Below the pieces are notes generated by a model. It saw only the letters and a list, made by a program, of their open reading frames with translations, did no database searches and had not been told where the DNA came from. A stretch of DNA of 53,084 nt, from the NCBI GenBank assembly GCA_030593565.1, contig JAUVGW010000001.1:1-53084 (forward strand), written 5' to 3'. The stretch is from Phycisphaerae bacterium. Lineage in GTDB: Bacteria; Planctomycetota; Phycisphaerae; UBA1845; UTPLA1. Below are positions 8,858 through 18,017 of this stretch, piece by piece. The position numbers were made by a program, and so were the translations under genes. Positions within the stretch are counted from its first letter, which is position 1, and each line of letters opens with the position of its first letter.

Positions 8858-9033
8858 ATGCGTTGCTTTCCGCGTGTCAGCATATCAATCATCGTGCGTC
8901 CTCGAAGCCCAGCCGCCGTGATCACCCATCACGGCCGTGACCCTCATCTCACACCGAGATGATACGACATCGGGCCTTCGCCGGCCAACCGGATGCCTCG
9001 TTCGAAAAGCCCCGCCGCCGTGCCGTGTGAGCC

Positions 9034-10470
9034 CTACTGACTTCGCTTCCTCACACGATCAAGAACCGCGCTCACCTGCTCCCTTGTAATAGCGCCCGTA
9101 AGCAACATCAACAGCCCGAAGACCACAACGCTCGCCAGTCCCATGACGGGCAAGAACGCAACTGTCCTTACCTGTAAGCAGACCAGACCGACACATACCA
9201 CCACGCAGGCCAACACAGCCTTTGCCAACGTGGCGGGATGCGCGAGGGCGCCCGTGCGCCGGGCAACGACAACGGCGGCAATGGCCGTGCCGACGGCCAC
9301 CGACACCAGGTTCGCCGTCGCCATGCCGATCATGCCGTACCTCGGTGTCAACCAGACACCCAATCCAAAGTGCACTGGTACGCAGAGCAATACAATGACC
9401 ATTGCGTGTTGCGGTTTTCCGGCAGCAGTGATGACCGATGCAAGCGCGTGCAGTACGGCCAGCAGACACATCGAACTGAACAGTAGGATCAGGGCTTGCG
9501 AAGCCGCGCGATAGGCCGACGGATATACGAAGTCCAGACAAAGCCCCGCGGTCGCACCCACGAATGCGGTGCCGAACAGCCCGACAACGACCAGCGATGT
9601 GATGTTCTTACGAACGATCTTCCCCACCTTCGATGCTTCAGATGCTTCGCTCGAGCCCAAGGCTTGCGAGATTGTCGGGAGCAACGTCACGGAATAGGAG
9701 TATAGAACGAAGTATGGCAACTTTCCGAAGTTCATCGCTCCCGTGTAGAAGCCGATGATCTCGTCATCCGGGTAATAGTGTTTCAAGATCATGATGTCGA
9801 GATTCAGAAGCAGCGTGATCCCGATGGAGAAGGCAACGATTGGCAGCGAGAACGCCACGAGTTTACGCGCTTCGCAACTGCCTTCGCGGCTCGGCCGTCG
9901 GACTCGGACACGGATCAAGACCAGGGCAACCAGTACCGCTAGGATCAATCCGAACAACACGCCGTCTATGCTGAGACCTAATAGCACCAGCGCAATAGCG
10001 AACACGAACCTGCCGGCGGCGTATATGCCGGTGTAAAGGGCTTGAAGGCCGAATTCCGAACGCCCGTTGAGAAAGGCCTGATAGATTTGGAACACGGCCA
10101 TGCAGGGAATCAGCAGGGACGATATCAGGATGCTTCTTGTCAGGGACGTGTCGTTCAGAAGACGCGTCCAGATCGGCGTCCCAGCCGCATAGAGCACGAG
10201 GATACCCAAGGAACAGAGGAACTGGATTTTCAGTGCCGTCGCGAAGATCGCGCCTTCGTTGCTCGGATCCATCGCGATGAAGCGAGAAGTTGATTGCGGC
10301 AGACCCGTCGACAGGAATACCCGTGCCATCGTCACCATGCCGAGGATCACGCCCAGATCACCATAGTCCCGCGGGTCGGCCAGGAAGTACGCCATCGAGA
10401 CGTGGATCAGATAACTGCTGATCAGGAAGCCGAACCTCGCGATGACCTGGTATAACGTTCCTGTCGTCAT
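9034..10470 (-). CDS. Polysaccharide flippase (Wzx-like, MOP/MATE superfamily)
   Basis: 478 aa with about 12-14 hydrophobic helices throughout. Its position in the glycan operon and its N-terminal region are typical of the Polysacc_synt family. Confidence 0.8.
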   Translation of the reverse strand: MTTGTLYQVIARFGFLISSYLIHVSMAYFLADPRDYGDLGVILGMVTMARVFLSTGLPQSTSRFIAMDPSNEGAIFATALKIQFLCSLGILVLYAAGTPIWTRLLNDTSLTRSILISSLLIPCMAVFQIYQAFLNGRSEFGLQALYTGIYAAGRFVFAIALVLLGLSIDGVLFGLILAVLVALVLIRVRVRRPSREGSCEARKLVAFSLPIVAFSIGITLLLNLDIMILKHYYPDDEIIGFYTGAMNFGKLPYFVLYSYSVTLLPTISQALGSSEASEASKVGKIVRKNITSLVVVGLFGTAFVGATAGLCLDFVYPSAYRAASQALILLFSSMCLLAVLHALASVITAAGKPQHAMVIVLLCVPVHFGLGVWLTPRYGMIGMATANLVSVAVGTAIAAVVVARRTGALAHPATLAKAVLACVVVCVGLVCLQVRTVAFLPVMGLASVVVFGLLMLLTGAITREQVSAVLDRVRKRSQ

Positions 10471-10476
10471 GGCATA

Positions 10477-11172
10477 TTACGACCGAGCATCAGGCAGGAC
10501 CAATTCACCGTCTTTGTAATAGGGCCGTCGGCGCAGAGCCAACGCGTCCTCCGCCCTATACCCGAAATGTTCCCTGACTACCTTTGCGGGCGAGCCTCCG
10601 ATGAGTGCATCCTCCTCATGGATAGACTTCACAACCACTGATCCGAGTCCCACCACGCACCGTGCTCCGATCCGTGTGCCCATTTGAAAAAGACAATTCG
10701 ATCCGACATACACGTTATCGCCGATGACAATCGGTTTGAACTCCTGCAAGTGTAATGTATGCGTCATGAACACCGACCTGATGCCGCCTATCACCACGTT
10801 ATCTCCGATGATCACATCAGCACATATATCCATGTAGTGCATCAGTTCGATGATCGCGCATCCGCCGAGTCTCAGACAAGCAGCCGGATAGTCTTTCTTG
10901 TTTGCCGTGCCGCGAAACAGGTTCATGGAGAATCTGGGACCGCCGATTCGAGAATACGGCGCCATTTCGAGCCGATGCACGCTGAGGAAGATGTTGCCGA
11001 TGCCCCGGATCGCGGCATGTTCCTCCATCACGACCGTCCTGATATCGAGCAAGCTGAACATGCCGATCTTGACATGTCGACCGATCTTGAAGCCCAGCAG
11101 ACTCCTATACAGCACAACGCGCACACAGTTGATGGGTGTCATGGCGATGATGATCAGGATAAATAGTCTCAT
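10477..11172 (-). CDS. Hexapeptide-repeat (left-handed beta-helix) acetyltransferase, WcaF-like
   Basis: Repeated [LIV]G-x4 hexapeptides are present (IGDNVVIGG, IGDNVYVGSNCLF, IGARCVVGLGSVVV). The start overlaps the upstream stop (11169-11172). Confidence 0.75.
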   Translation of the reverse strand: MRLFILIIIAMTPINCVRVVLYRSLLGFKIGRHVKIGMFSLLDIRTVVMEEHAAIRGIGNIFLSVHRLEMAPYSRIGGPRFSMNLFRGTANKKDYPAACLRLGGCAIIELMHYMDICADVIIGDNVVIGGIRSVFMTHTLHLQEFKPIVIGDNVYVGSNCLFQMGTRIGARCVVGLGSVVVKSIHEEDALIGGSPAKVVREHFGYRAEDALALRRRPYYKDGELVLPDARS

Positions 11173-12425
11173 GGGAGCCGACCTCGCCTTACGCGCCTCG
11201 CCTCAAAGAAGTCCGCGATCAGTCCCGCGGGCCTGTCGACCACGTCTTTCATTCGTATATTCGATGCGCGGAGCATGTCACGAATACGGTCTTCCTCTGC
11301 CAGGCAGGATTCTATCGTCGCAATGAAGGCACCCTTGTTCAGCACGCAGTCGATGCTTGCCACATCGATCATGAATCGCTCCATGCCGCAGCGCCTCATG
11401 AATCGTGCTACTTTCTCCTGATAGCTCAAACCGACAAACGGTGTTTCGGCAACATGGGCGAGAATCAGTGAGTGCAACGGAACCCCGATCACCAGGCGCG
11501 ACTCCGTCAACATGGTCAGGACATCCATCGGCGAGTCACTGAGAAACACGTCGGCTCGATCGCCGTGGCGCATGCGAGACAGAATGTCATCACATATGAC
11601 ATCATCCCGCGCCGAGAATCGTGACTTGAGATAACCGCTGATGCCGCGTGCCTCACCCATGGCACTGTACATCGGCAGAAATCGGATGCGCGCGCCATGC
11701 TCGCAGACAAGAAAGTCGGCGACTTCCGCCAACAGCGTCTTGAAGCTGTCGAGCTTCGCGGAGTATCCCGCGGGCAGAAGACCCAAACGCTTGCGGATGT
11801 AAAAGGGCAGCAGCGAATTCGCATAATGGAAGATGCGCCGCGGCGAGATCACGACACAATTGTCCCTCGCCGCTGGGCGAGTGGCGGGGCGCAGGGAGAA
11901 GGCCGCGTCCTCCGTTACCGTTGTGCGCGTGCCCACGTCGGAACAGAGCGAGATAAGATCGCGGCGAGATTCGTCATCCCGCACGGTGCAGAACGTGAAT
12001 GCGGGGAGGAGATGGCGAACCAACCATGCACCGAGTCGGCTCATCCGCCCCGTTCCAATGGCGTAGGTCGCAATGGGTGTGCGATAAAAGCGCGATAGAT
12101 ACAGGAGGCTGGTATTGATGACAATGATCGCCTTCGAGGATACGTCGGTGAACACCGTTCCGCCCCCGAGGAGAACCATATCCGCCTCGCGGACCGCGCG
12201 CAGGATCCCGCCGATGCCGATGGGCAGGGCGCGAATCCCATACAGCGACGCGGTGTGATTCGGATCATCAGACAGCATGATGATATCGATTTCCGGAAGA
12301 GCGCGTTTCATGGCCTCAATGGTGGCGGTGATGATGGCCAAGTCGCCCAAATTGGAGCCGCGAGACTCCCAGCACTTGTTCTTCCAGATCAGAACCGTCG
12401 GCGTGTTGTTCTCCATACTGCCCAT
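11169..12425 (-). CDS. Polysaccharide pyruvyl transferase family protein (CsaB/WcaK-like), paralog 1
   Basis: It has an N-terminal ..GSNLGDLAIITATIEAMKRALPE motif and an LGGGTVFTD motif. I chose the start at 12425 (MGSMENN) to avoid a 28-nt overlap; the longest ORF starts at 12455. Confidence 0.75.
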   Translation of the reverse strand: MGSMENNTPTVLIWKNKCWESRGSNLGDLAIITATIEAMKRALPEIDIIMLSDDPNHTASLYGIRALPIGIGGILRAVREADMVLLGGGTVFTDVSSKAIIVINTSLLYLSRFYRTPIATYAIGTGRMSRLGAWLVRHLLPAFTFCTVRDDESRRDLISLCSDVGTRTTVTEDAAFSLRPATRPAARDNCVVISPRRIFHYANSLLPFYIRKRLGLLPAGYSAKLDSFKTLLAEVADFLVCEHGARIRFLPMYSAMGEARGISGYLKSRFSARDDVICDDILSRMRHGDRADVFLSDSPMDVLTMLTESRLVIGVPLHSLILAHVAETPFVGLSYQEKVARFMRRCGMERFMIDVASIDCVLNKGAFIATIESCLAEEDRIRDMLRASNIRMKDVVDRPAGLIADFFEARRVRRGRLP

Positions 12426-12427
12426 GA

Positions 12428-13599
12428 TCAGCCTCGCGCTCCGTCCGGGCGGCATTCAGCGGGTTGCGGAAACCGGTTTTTCATCAGTCGAATCACGGCA
12501 TCGGCGGAGTAGTTCTTGATATCGAGCAGTGCTTCCTCGTTCCGCGTCAGCGTCACAAACTCGGAGACTTTGTTGTCATAACTGGCGACGATCACGGGTA
12601 TGTTCATCACCGAAGCAAGAATAACAGCATGAAGCCGCATAAGAATCAGGCAGTCCATCTGCTCCAGGATCGCCATCATTACGCGGGGATGATGGTATGT
12701 CTCCAAAACGAAAAAACTTCCGCAATCCCGCAACCGCGCGGAAACCTGCCGGCCGAAATCCAGGTCGTCTTCGAAGTGCTGCGATGGATGTTGACTGATC
12801 GGCAGAAACAGAACATCGCAGTGCCTTTGCTCAACAAGATACTGCACGACGCGCACTGTTTCAGCGATAGAATGCTCGTTGTCGATCTCGGGATCACGAA
12901 CATACCGAATGTTAATCCCGACCAACGGCCGGTCGCGCGATTCCTTCGCAGACAATCCGATGGCTTCCAGTATCTCGACGGCTTCGCCCGTCGGAGCAGG
13001 CTCGAGAGACAGCGCCGGATCCAACACCTGCACAATGGCCCTGTTGACACCGATATCACGCAGGTTCTTCCCAGACAGAGGATCACGGACGGAAACGCAA
13101 TCAGCCCGACGCAGCACCCACCTTGCCAGCAGTCTGACATACGCATCGGGGAACGAGGTCGCACCGATCGCATAGAAGTGCGTCCGCGCGCCGAGCAGCT
13201 TCGCGGCCCATGCCGCCATGAACAGGAACTTGCCCTTCATGTCCAGTATCTTCAGGAATCTGCGGCCGGAGTAGGTGTTGATCCGGTTGATGATGCCGCC
13301 GCCCCCGATGATATAGATATGGCTTTTCACGATCGCCTTCAGTGCCGTGAGGCTCATGAAGTGACACGCCGCCACGTCGGGATACCACGCGCGCACGTTT
13401 TCAGGGCCGTGGCACAGGACCGTGATGCGGGCTGTCGGCAGATGCTTCCGCACGCGCTCGATCAGCACGTGCAGGATCGCGTCATCGCCCATGTTGCGCT
13501 TGCCATACCCGCCATGGATGACGACGCGCGGGGCCGCGATGCCCCTGTCCCGGACGTACGACGCATAGTCTTCCCACAGGCCTGGAACATCATGGGGGA
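12428..13599 (-). CDS. Polysaccharide pyruvyl transferase family protein, paralog 2
   Basis: Motifs are GYGKRNMGDDAILHVLIERVRKHLP and IIGGGGIIN. The longest ORF (to 13705) would overlap the DUF362 gene by 100 nt. A TTG at 13599 preceded by GGAG (6-nt spacing) removes the overlap. Confidence 0.7.
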
Positions 13600-13605
13600 T
13601 ATCTT

Positions 13606-14727
13606 TCAACGGGCACTCCGTCTTCTCGGAGGATTCAGACCGCCGAGCCGGATCGAGCCCGGCGGACCCTCGCGATAGCACTTCAGACAGCGAACCGCGA
13701 CGCATCGTTCTTTTATGATCGACCGTCGCTCGACGCTGATCGCTTCAACCGGGCACAACGCGGCAAGCTCGCGGAGTTCCGCGTCGGTCACGTCGCCCAG
13801 GGCCGGATGCACACCCAGCGTCCAGTGCAGGTGAGGTATAATCGATTTGCCGCCGACTGTCCCGCATTTGACGCCATCGAGCCAATAGAAGGCCGAGTAG
13901 AGCAACCGATGCAGACGCTGCTTTGGGGTCGTCGCCGTTGACAGATCGGCACACGCCGGGGGGGCGGCTCCGCGCACGTCGTACTCGGGCACACGCCCCA
14001 AATGCCGCACGGCCCCCGCGTCGATCGCCAACAGTCCGGAGCCAAAATGATCGAGGGCAAACGGGTCCGTCCCGGCCAGACAATAGTCCAACGGCCGTGT
14101 CTCACCGAAGACCGCGCGGGTCAGGAGGTCCCGCGCGTCGACAACGTGCAGGGCATTCGCAAAATGCCGCGCGACGGCGGCGATCCCCGCGTGCAAACCC
14201 CGGACGTGCAGCCTCCGCCGACTATCGAGACTCAACATCCCGAACAAGTTCTTCACCGCCCCGGTCACTTTCGTGATCGTGTGTCCCTTGAGCACCGGCA
14301 GGTTGACGATCCACTTGGCCCGCAGTGCCGGCTCCGCCACATCCACGACGGGCATGCCGCGCCCGAGGTCGACCGGCGCATAGCCGTGCTCCTCGAAGTT
14401 CACGATCTCGATCCCGCGCTCGGCGAGATACGGACCGATCCCGAGGATCTCGAACGTCTTGTTCGTGTCGAATTCGTAGCCACTCGATTCACCGACGATC
14501 GGCACGGCGCCGGCTTCTCGAATTCGCGTCGCGAAGAATTCTATGAATGTGAAATCGGTCGTAGCCCGCGGAAGCGGAGCCACGAAGTTCGGCTTGATCA
14601 ATACCAGGTCGCCCGGGCCGAGATCGCCCGGAAGGCCGCCCGCACAATTCAGCAGGTCTTCCAGCACCGGCACGGGATCGTCCCGCGACGACAGCCTTCG
14701 ACTATGAACAACCGACCGAGGCATCAC
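13606..14727 (-). CDS. DUF362 domain protein with a C-terminal Cys-rich (ferredoxin-like) tail
   Basis: It has the LVLIKPNFV hallmark near the N-terminus. The C-terminus reads CPVEAISV..CVAVRCLKC. An ATGA overlap links it to the upstream epimerase gene. Confidence 0.75.
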   Translation of the reverse strand: MMPRSVVHSRRLSSRDDPVPVLEDLLNCAGGLPGDLGPGDLVLIKPNFVAPLPRATTDFTFIEFFATRIREAGAVPIVGESSGYEFDTNKTFEILGIGPYLAERGIEIVNFEEHGYAPVDLGRGMPVVDVAEPALRAKWIVNLPVLKGHTITKVTGAVKNLFGMLSLDSRRRLHVRGLHAGIAAVARHFANALHVVDARDLLTRAVFGETRPLDYCLAGTDPFALDHFGSGLLAIDAGAVRHLGRVPEYDVRGAAPPACADLSTATTPKQRLHRLLYSAFYWLDGVKCGTVGGKSIIPHLHWTLGVHPALGDVTDAELRELAALCPVEAISVERRSIIKERCVAVRCLKCYREGPPGSIRLGGLNPPRRRSAR

Positions 14728-15710
14728 CGCTCACTCTCAAACCAGCGCACGGTTTCCAGGATGCCTTCCCGAAAACTGACCGCGGGTTCGTAACCCAATT
14801 CCCGCATGGCTTTCTCGATCGAAAACTCCCGGTCCCAGACGGTCGAGGCGACGTTACGCCGCGTTACGATCGGCGCTCCGCCCATGACCCTCGCCGTCGC
14901 CTCGCAGCACCACGCGACCGCGTGCATGAACCAGACGGGCACATACGGATACCAACGGCGGACGCCCCACGCCTCCATCGCGAATCGTCGAAGCTCCGCC
15001 AGTTCGATCGACCGCTCCGAGGCGATCAGGTATACCTCGCCCGGCCTGCCATTCTCCGCGGCCAAGGCCGCCCCGCGAACGACGTCCCGTACATGAACGA
15101 GCGGCGTCAGGTTGCGTCCGAAGCCGACCCGGGGAAACAGGCCCTTTCGCATCAGCCGGCACATCTTGAAGAACTCGCCGCGGCCGTTAACACCATAGAC
15201 CATACAGGGCCGCAGGGCCACGACGGAGACTCCCAGCGCCCGGCCTGTCTCGAAGGCGATACGCTCGCTTTCCAGCTTGCTCCGTTGATACGGCGTCCTG
15301 GGTCGAGGCTCGGTTGCCTCACTCACGAGCGGTTCGGTGATCAGCCCCATCGCCGCGGTCGAGCTGAAATGAACGAATGTTTCTACGCCACAACCCGAAC
15401 ACGCCGACAGCAGGTTCCTCGTTCCCTCGACATTGACCTCGACGAACTTGCGGAATGCCGCCTTTGAAACCGCCGACACGTGCCCCTCCGCGGCAAGATG
15501 GTACACGTGCCGCACGCCATCGGCGACGCCGGCAAGCGTTTCGGGCCGCAGGATGTCGCCCTCGTGGTACTCCACACCGCCGACATCCGCGAGGCCCCGT
15601 CGGTCGCTCGTCGGCCGCACCAACACACGGCATTCCACACCCCGCGAAGCCAGTTCCCTCACGAGGTATCGACCGACGAAACCCGTGCCGCCCGTCACCA
15701 GCGCCTTCAC
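14724..15710 (-). CDS. NAD-dependent nucleotide-sugar epimerase/dehydratase (extended SDR)
   Basis: MKALVTGGTGFVGRYL Rossmann motif and a YQRSK (YxxxK) catalytic motif. Confidence 0.9.
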   Translation of the reverse strand: MKALVTGGTGFVGRYLVRELASRGVECRVLVRPTSDRRGLADVGGVEYHEGDILRPETLAGVADGVRHVYHLAAEGHVSAVSKAAFRKFVEVNVEGTRNLLSACSGCGVETFVHFSSTAAMGLITEPLVSEATEPRPRTPYQRSKLESERIAFETGRALGVSVVALRPCMVYGVNGRGEFFKMCRLMRKGLFPRVGFGRNLTPLVHVRDVVRGAALAAENGRPGEVYLIASERSIELAELRRFAMEAWGVRRWYPYVPVWFMHAVAWCCEATARVMGGAPIVTRRNVASTVWDREFSIEKAMRELGYEPAVSFREGILETVRWFESER

Positions 15711-16855
15711 CGATCACCGTCTCCCGTGTCTGTGTCGCCGTCCGACGTGATGATCCGAACCAGCTCCTCCCACGAAAAGCGCTCCTTCGTCTTCGCCGCC
15801 CGGTGTGTGTATTCCTCAAGCGTCGGTGGGTCGAGGCTTTCCACGACCGCCCGCGCGAGGGCGGCCGGATCGCTCGGCGGCACGAGTCGGCCGTTCACGC
15901 CGTCCTCGACAATCTCCGACAGCGAGCCGACCCGCGTCGCTACGACGGGCCGATCAAACCCGTAGGCCAGTTGCAGCACACCGCTCCCGGTGGCCGACAC
16001 ATACGGCTGCACCACCAGGTCCGCCGCGCAGAAGTAAACCGCCATTTCCTCGCTGGTCACATACTCGTCGACGACGCGTACCGACGACGCCATGTCGTGT
16101 TTTACGATCTGATCCAGGTATGCCTGTTTGTCTTTCCAGAACTCCCCGACGACCAGTAGTGTCACGGGCCGTTTCGGCAGAATCCGCGGCATCGCGTCGA
16201 GCAAAACGCCAAGTCCTTTGTAAGCACGCACGAAACCGAAGAACAGCAGCACGTCGCCCTTCAAACCCAAACGCTCTTTAGCCTCGTCCTTGGCATACTG
16301 GCGCGTCTTGAGATCCACGTACGTCGGATGAAATGCCGTCGCGATGTCCGCTCCGTCGCCGAGCAGCCCGCGCAGGCGTGCGGTTTCCTCCCGCGAATGC
16401 GTGATAAGCCTGTCGGCCTTGGAGAGCACCTTCCTCGACGCCGCGACCTTCAGCCAGCTCGCCTCGTGCTCGACGACGTTGTGGCACTCGATCACGACCC
16501 GTGCGGGCGATCGCCGCTTCACAAAGCCGATGATATATGCGTATTGCGGCATCCAAAACGCCACCCACCACGGAAGCACTAACAGATCAGGGCGAAACGC
16601 CACGATCGCCCGAGCCGTCCGCCGCCACGTCAGCGGGTTCATCGAGTCCAACAGATACTCGACATGGCCCGTCGGCAGCGGCGCCTCGCCGGGTTCCTTG
16701 TCCGTCTTGCCGGGAAACAGCCATTGCGGATATTGACGCGTGTATGAAATGAACTTCGTCGTATGACGGCGGCCCAGCGCCCGCGCCAGGATGGTCGTGT
16801 AATGGGCGATTCCGCCGCGATACGGATGGGTCGGCCCCAGGAGGCAGATCCTCAT
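15707..16855 (-). CDS. Glycosyltransferase family 4 (GT-B, Glycos_transf_1)
   Basis: C-terminal ..GSGVLQLAYGFDRPVVATRVGSLSEIVEDGVNG (EX7E-type) motif. 4-nt overlaps with both neighbours. Confidence 0.85.
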   Translation of the reverse strand: MRICLLGPTHPYRGGIAHYTTILARALGRRHTTKFISYTRQYPQWLFPGKTDKEPGEAPLPTGHVEYLLDSMNPLTWRRTARAIVAFRPDLLVLPWWVAFWMPQYAYIIGFVKRRSPARVVIECHNVVEHEASWLKVAASRKVLSKADRLITHSREETARLRGLLGDGADIATAFHPTYVDLKTRQYAKDEAKERLGLKGDVLLFFGFVRAYKGLGVLLDAMPRILPKRPVTLLVVGEFWKDKQAYLDQIVKHDMASSVRVVDEYVTSEEMAVYFCAADLVVQPYVSATGSGVLQLAYGFDRPVVATRVGSLSEIVEDGVNGRLVPPSDPAALARAVVESLDPPTLEEYTHRAAKTKERFSWEELVRIITSDGDTDTGDGDR

Positions 16856-17958
16856 GCTTTCCCCCGGCCGCCGTCTGCCGCGCCGACCTCCGTCTGCCGC
16901 GGCGCTGGTCCCGCCGATGGGCCGGTCGAGTTGGCCGAGTCGTCCTCGGCCTGCGGCACAGGTTGCGGCTCGGGCGTCTCACGGCGCGACGGTTCGCGCC
17001 GATCAGGATAGGCCGAGGTCGGCGGTTGGGCGGACTGCTTCGAACGAAACAGGATGTCCTCCAACAGCCGGCGGTTGAATCCGATCAAATCCGCGAGCAC
17101 GCCGAGGACGAACAGCATGAAACTCAGATTCAGCAGCACCGTGCACAAGATCAGCGATTGAATGTGCCCGGCGCCCTGGCCCGTGAGATAGAAGTACAGG
17201 AACCGGATACCGAGACCCACGCCGATCACGAACGGGACCGACGCGAGAATCGTAAAGACCTTCAACGCCTTGTAGAGCGTGTAAATCCGCAGGATCGTCA
17301 CACCGCTGCGCCGCAGGTAACTCCGGATCGAACTGAACAATCGGCTGGGCCGCATCTTCGGATTCACCGAGATCGGCACCGACAATATCCCCAAGTTATG
17401 CAGCCCCGCCTGGATGATGGTCTCGTGCGTATAGGTGTAGCTGCTCAACACGTTCAGGTGCATCGCCGCCGTTCGACTGAACGCCCGAAAACCGCTGGTC
17501 ACATCCGGCACCGGCGTCCGCGCCAACTGGCTGACAACACGGCTCCCAAACGCTTGCAGCCACTTCTTGACAGGTCCGAACTCCGCATGATGACGGATCT
17601 GGCGATCGCCGATCACCATCTCCGCACGGCCCTCCACAATGGGCCGCACCAGCTTCTCGATGTCCGCACCCTGATATTGGTTGTCCGCGTCCGTGTTGAC
17701 GATGATGTCCGCGCCGTGGTCCAGACAGGCTTGTACGCCCACCCGAAACGCTGCCGCGAGACCGCGATTCGTCGGGAAGCGCACGATATGGTGCACCCCG
17801 TGTGCACGGGCCACCTCGGACGTCCGGTCCGTGGAACCGTCATCAATCACGAGGAACTCGATGCAATCCACGCCCTCGATCCGACGCGGCAACTCCGCCA
17901 GCGTCACGGGAAGCGAGCGTTCCTCGTTAAGGCAAGGTATCTGGATGATGAGCTTCAT
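16852..17958 (-). CDS. GT2 polyprenyl-phosphate glycosyltransferase (GtrB/ArnC/DPM1-like) with C-terminal TM helices and a Pro-rich tail
   Basis: N-terminus reads IQIPCLNEE..LVIDDGSTDRT..NTDADNQY. Two hydrophobic helices follow the catalytic domain. Confidence 0.85.
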   Translation of the reverse strand: MKLIIQIPCLNEERSLPVTLAELPRRIEGVDCIEFLVIDDGSTDRTSEVARAHGVHHIVRFPTNRGLAAAFRVGVQACLDHGADIIVNTDADNQYQGADIEKLVRPIVEGRAEMVIGDRQIRHHAEFGPVKKWLQAFGSRVVSQLARTPVPDVTSGFRAFSRTAAMHLNVLSSYTYTHETIIQAGLHNLGILSVPISVNPKMRPSRLFSSIRSYLRRSGVTILRIYTLYKALKVFTILASVPFVIGVGLGIRFLYFYLTGQGAGHIQSLILCTVLLNLSFMLFVLGVLADLIGFNRRLLEDILFRSKQSAQPPTSAYPDRREPSRRETPEPQPVPQAEDDSANSTGPSAGPAPRQTEVGAADGGRGKA

Positions 17959-17970
17959 CGATCACCCCGA

Positions 17971-18017
17971 AATCAACCGATTCCGTCATTTAGCCGCGAC
18001 CCCTGAATCCTGGGCCC
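17971..18017. repeat. REP-E half copy (TTTAGCCGCGAC family)
   Basis: caaccgattccgtcaTTTAGCCGCGACCCctgaatcctgggccc matches the reverse complement of the right end of the 29625-29706 element. It encodes the last roughly 15 codons of the GT-C ORF. Confidence 0.6.

Noticed and set aside
8858-9033. Small ORFs upstream of the radical SAM/SPASM gene as candidate RiPP precursors (for example a 20-aa MRVTAVMGDHGGWASRTHDD and a 12-aa MIDMLTRGKQRI overlapping the start)
   Set aside because: They lack a recognisable leader or core pattern, Cys/Ser/Thr enrichment and an RBS. The surrounding context is carbohydrate biosynthesis.
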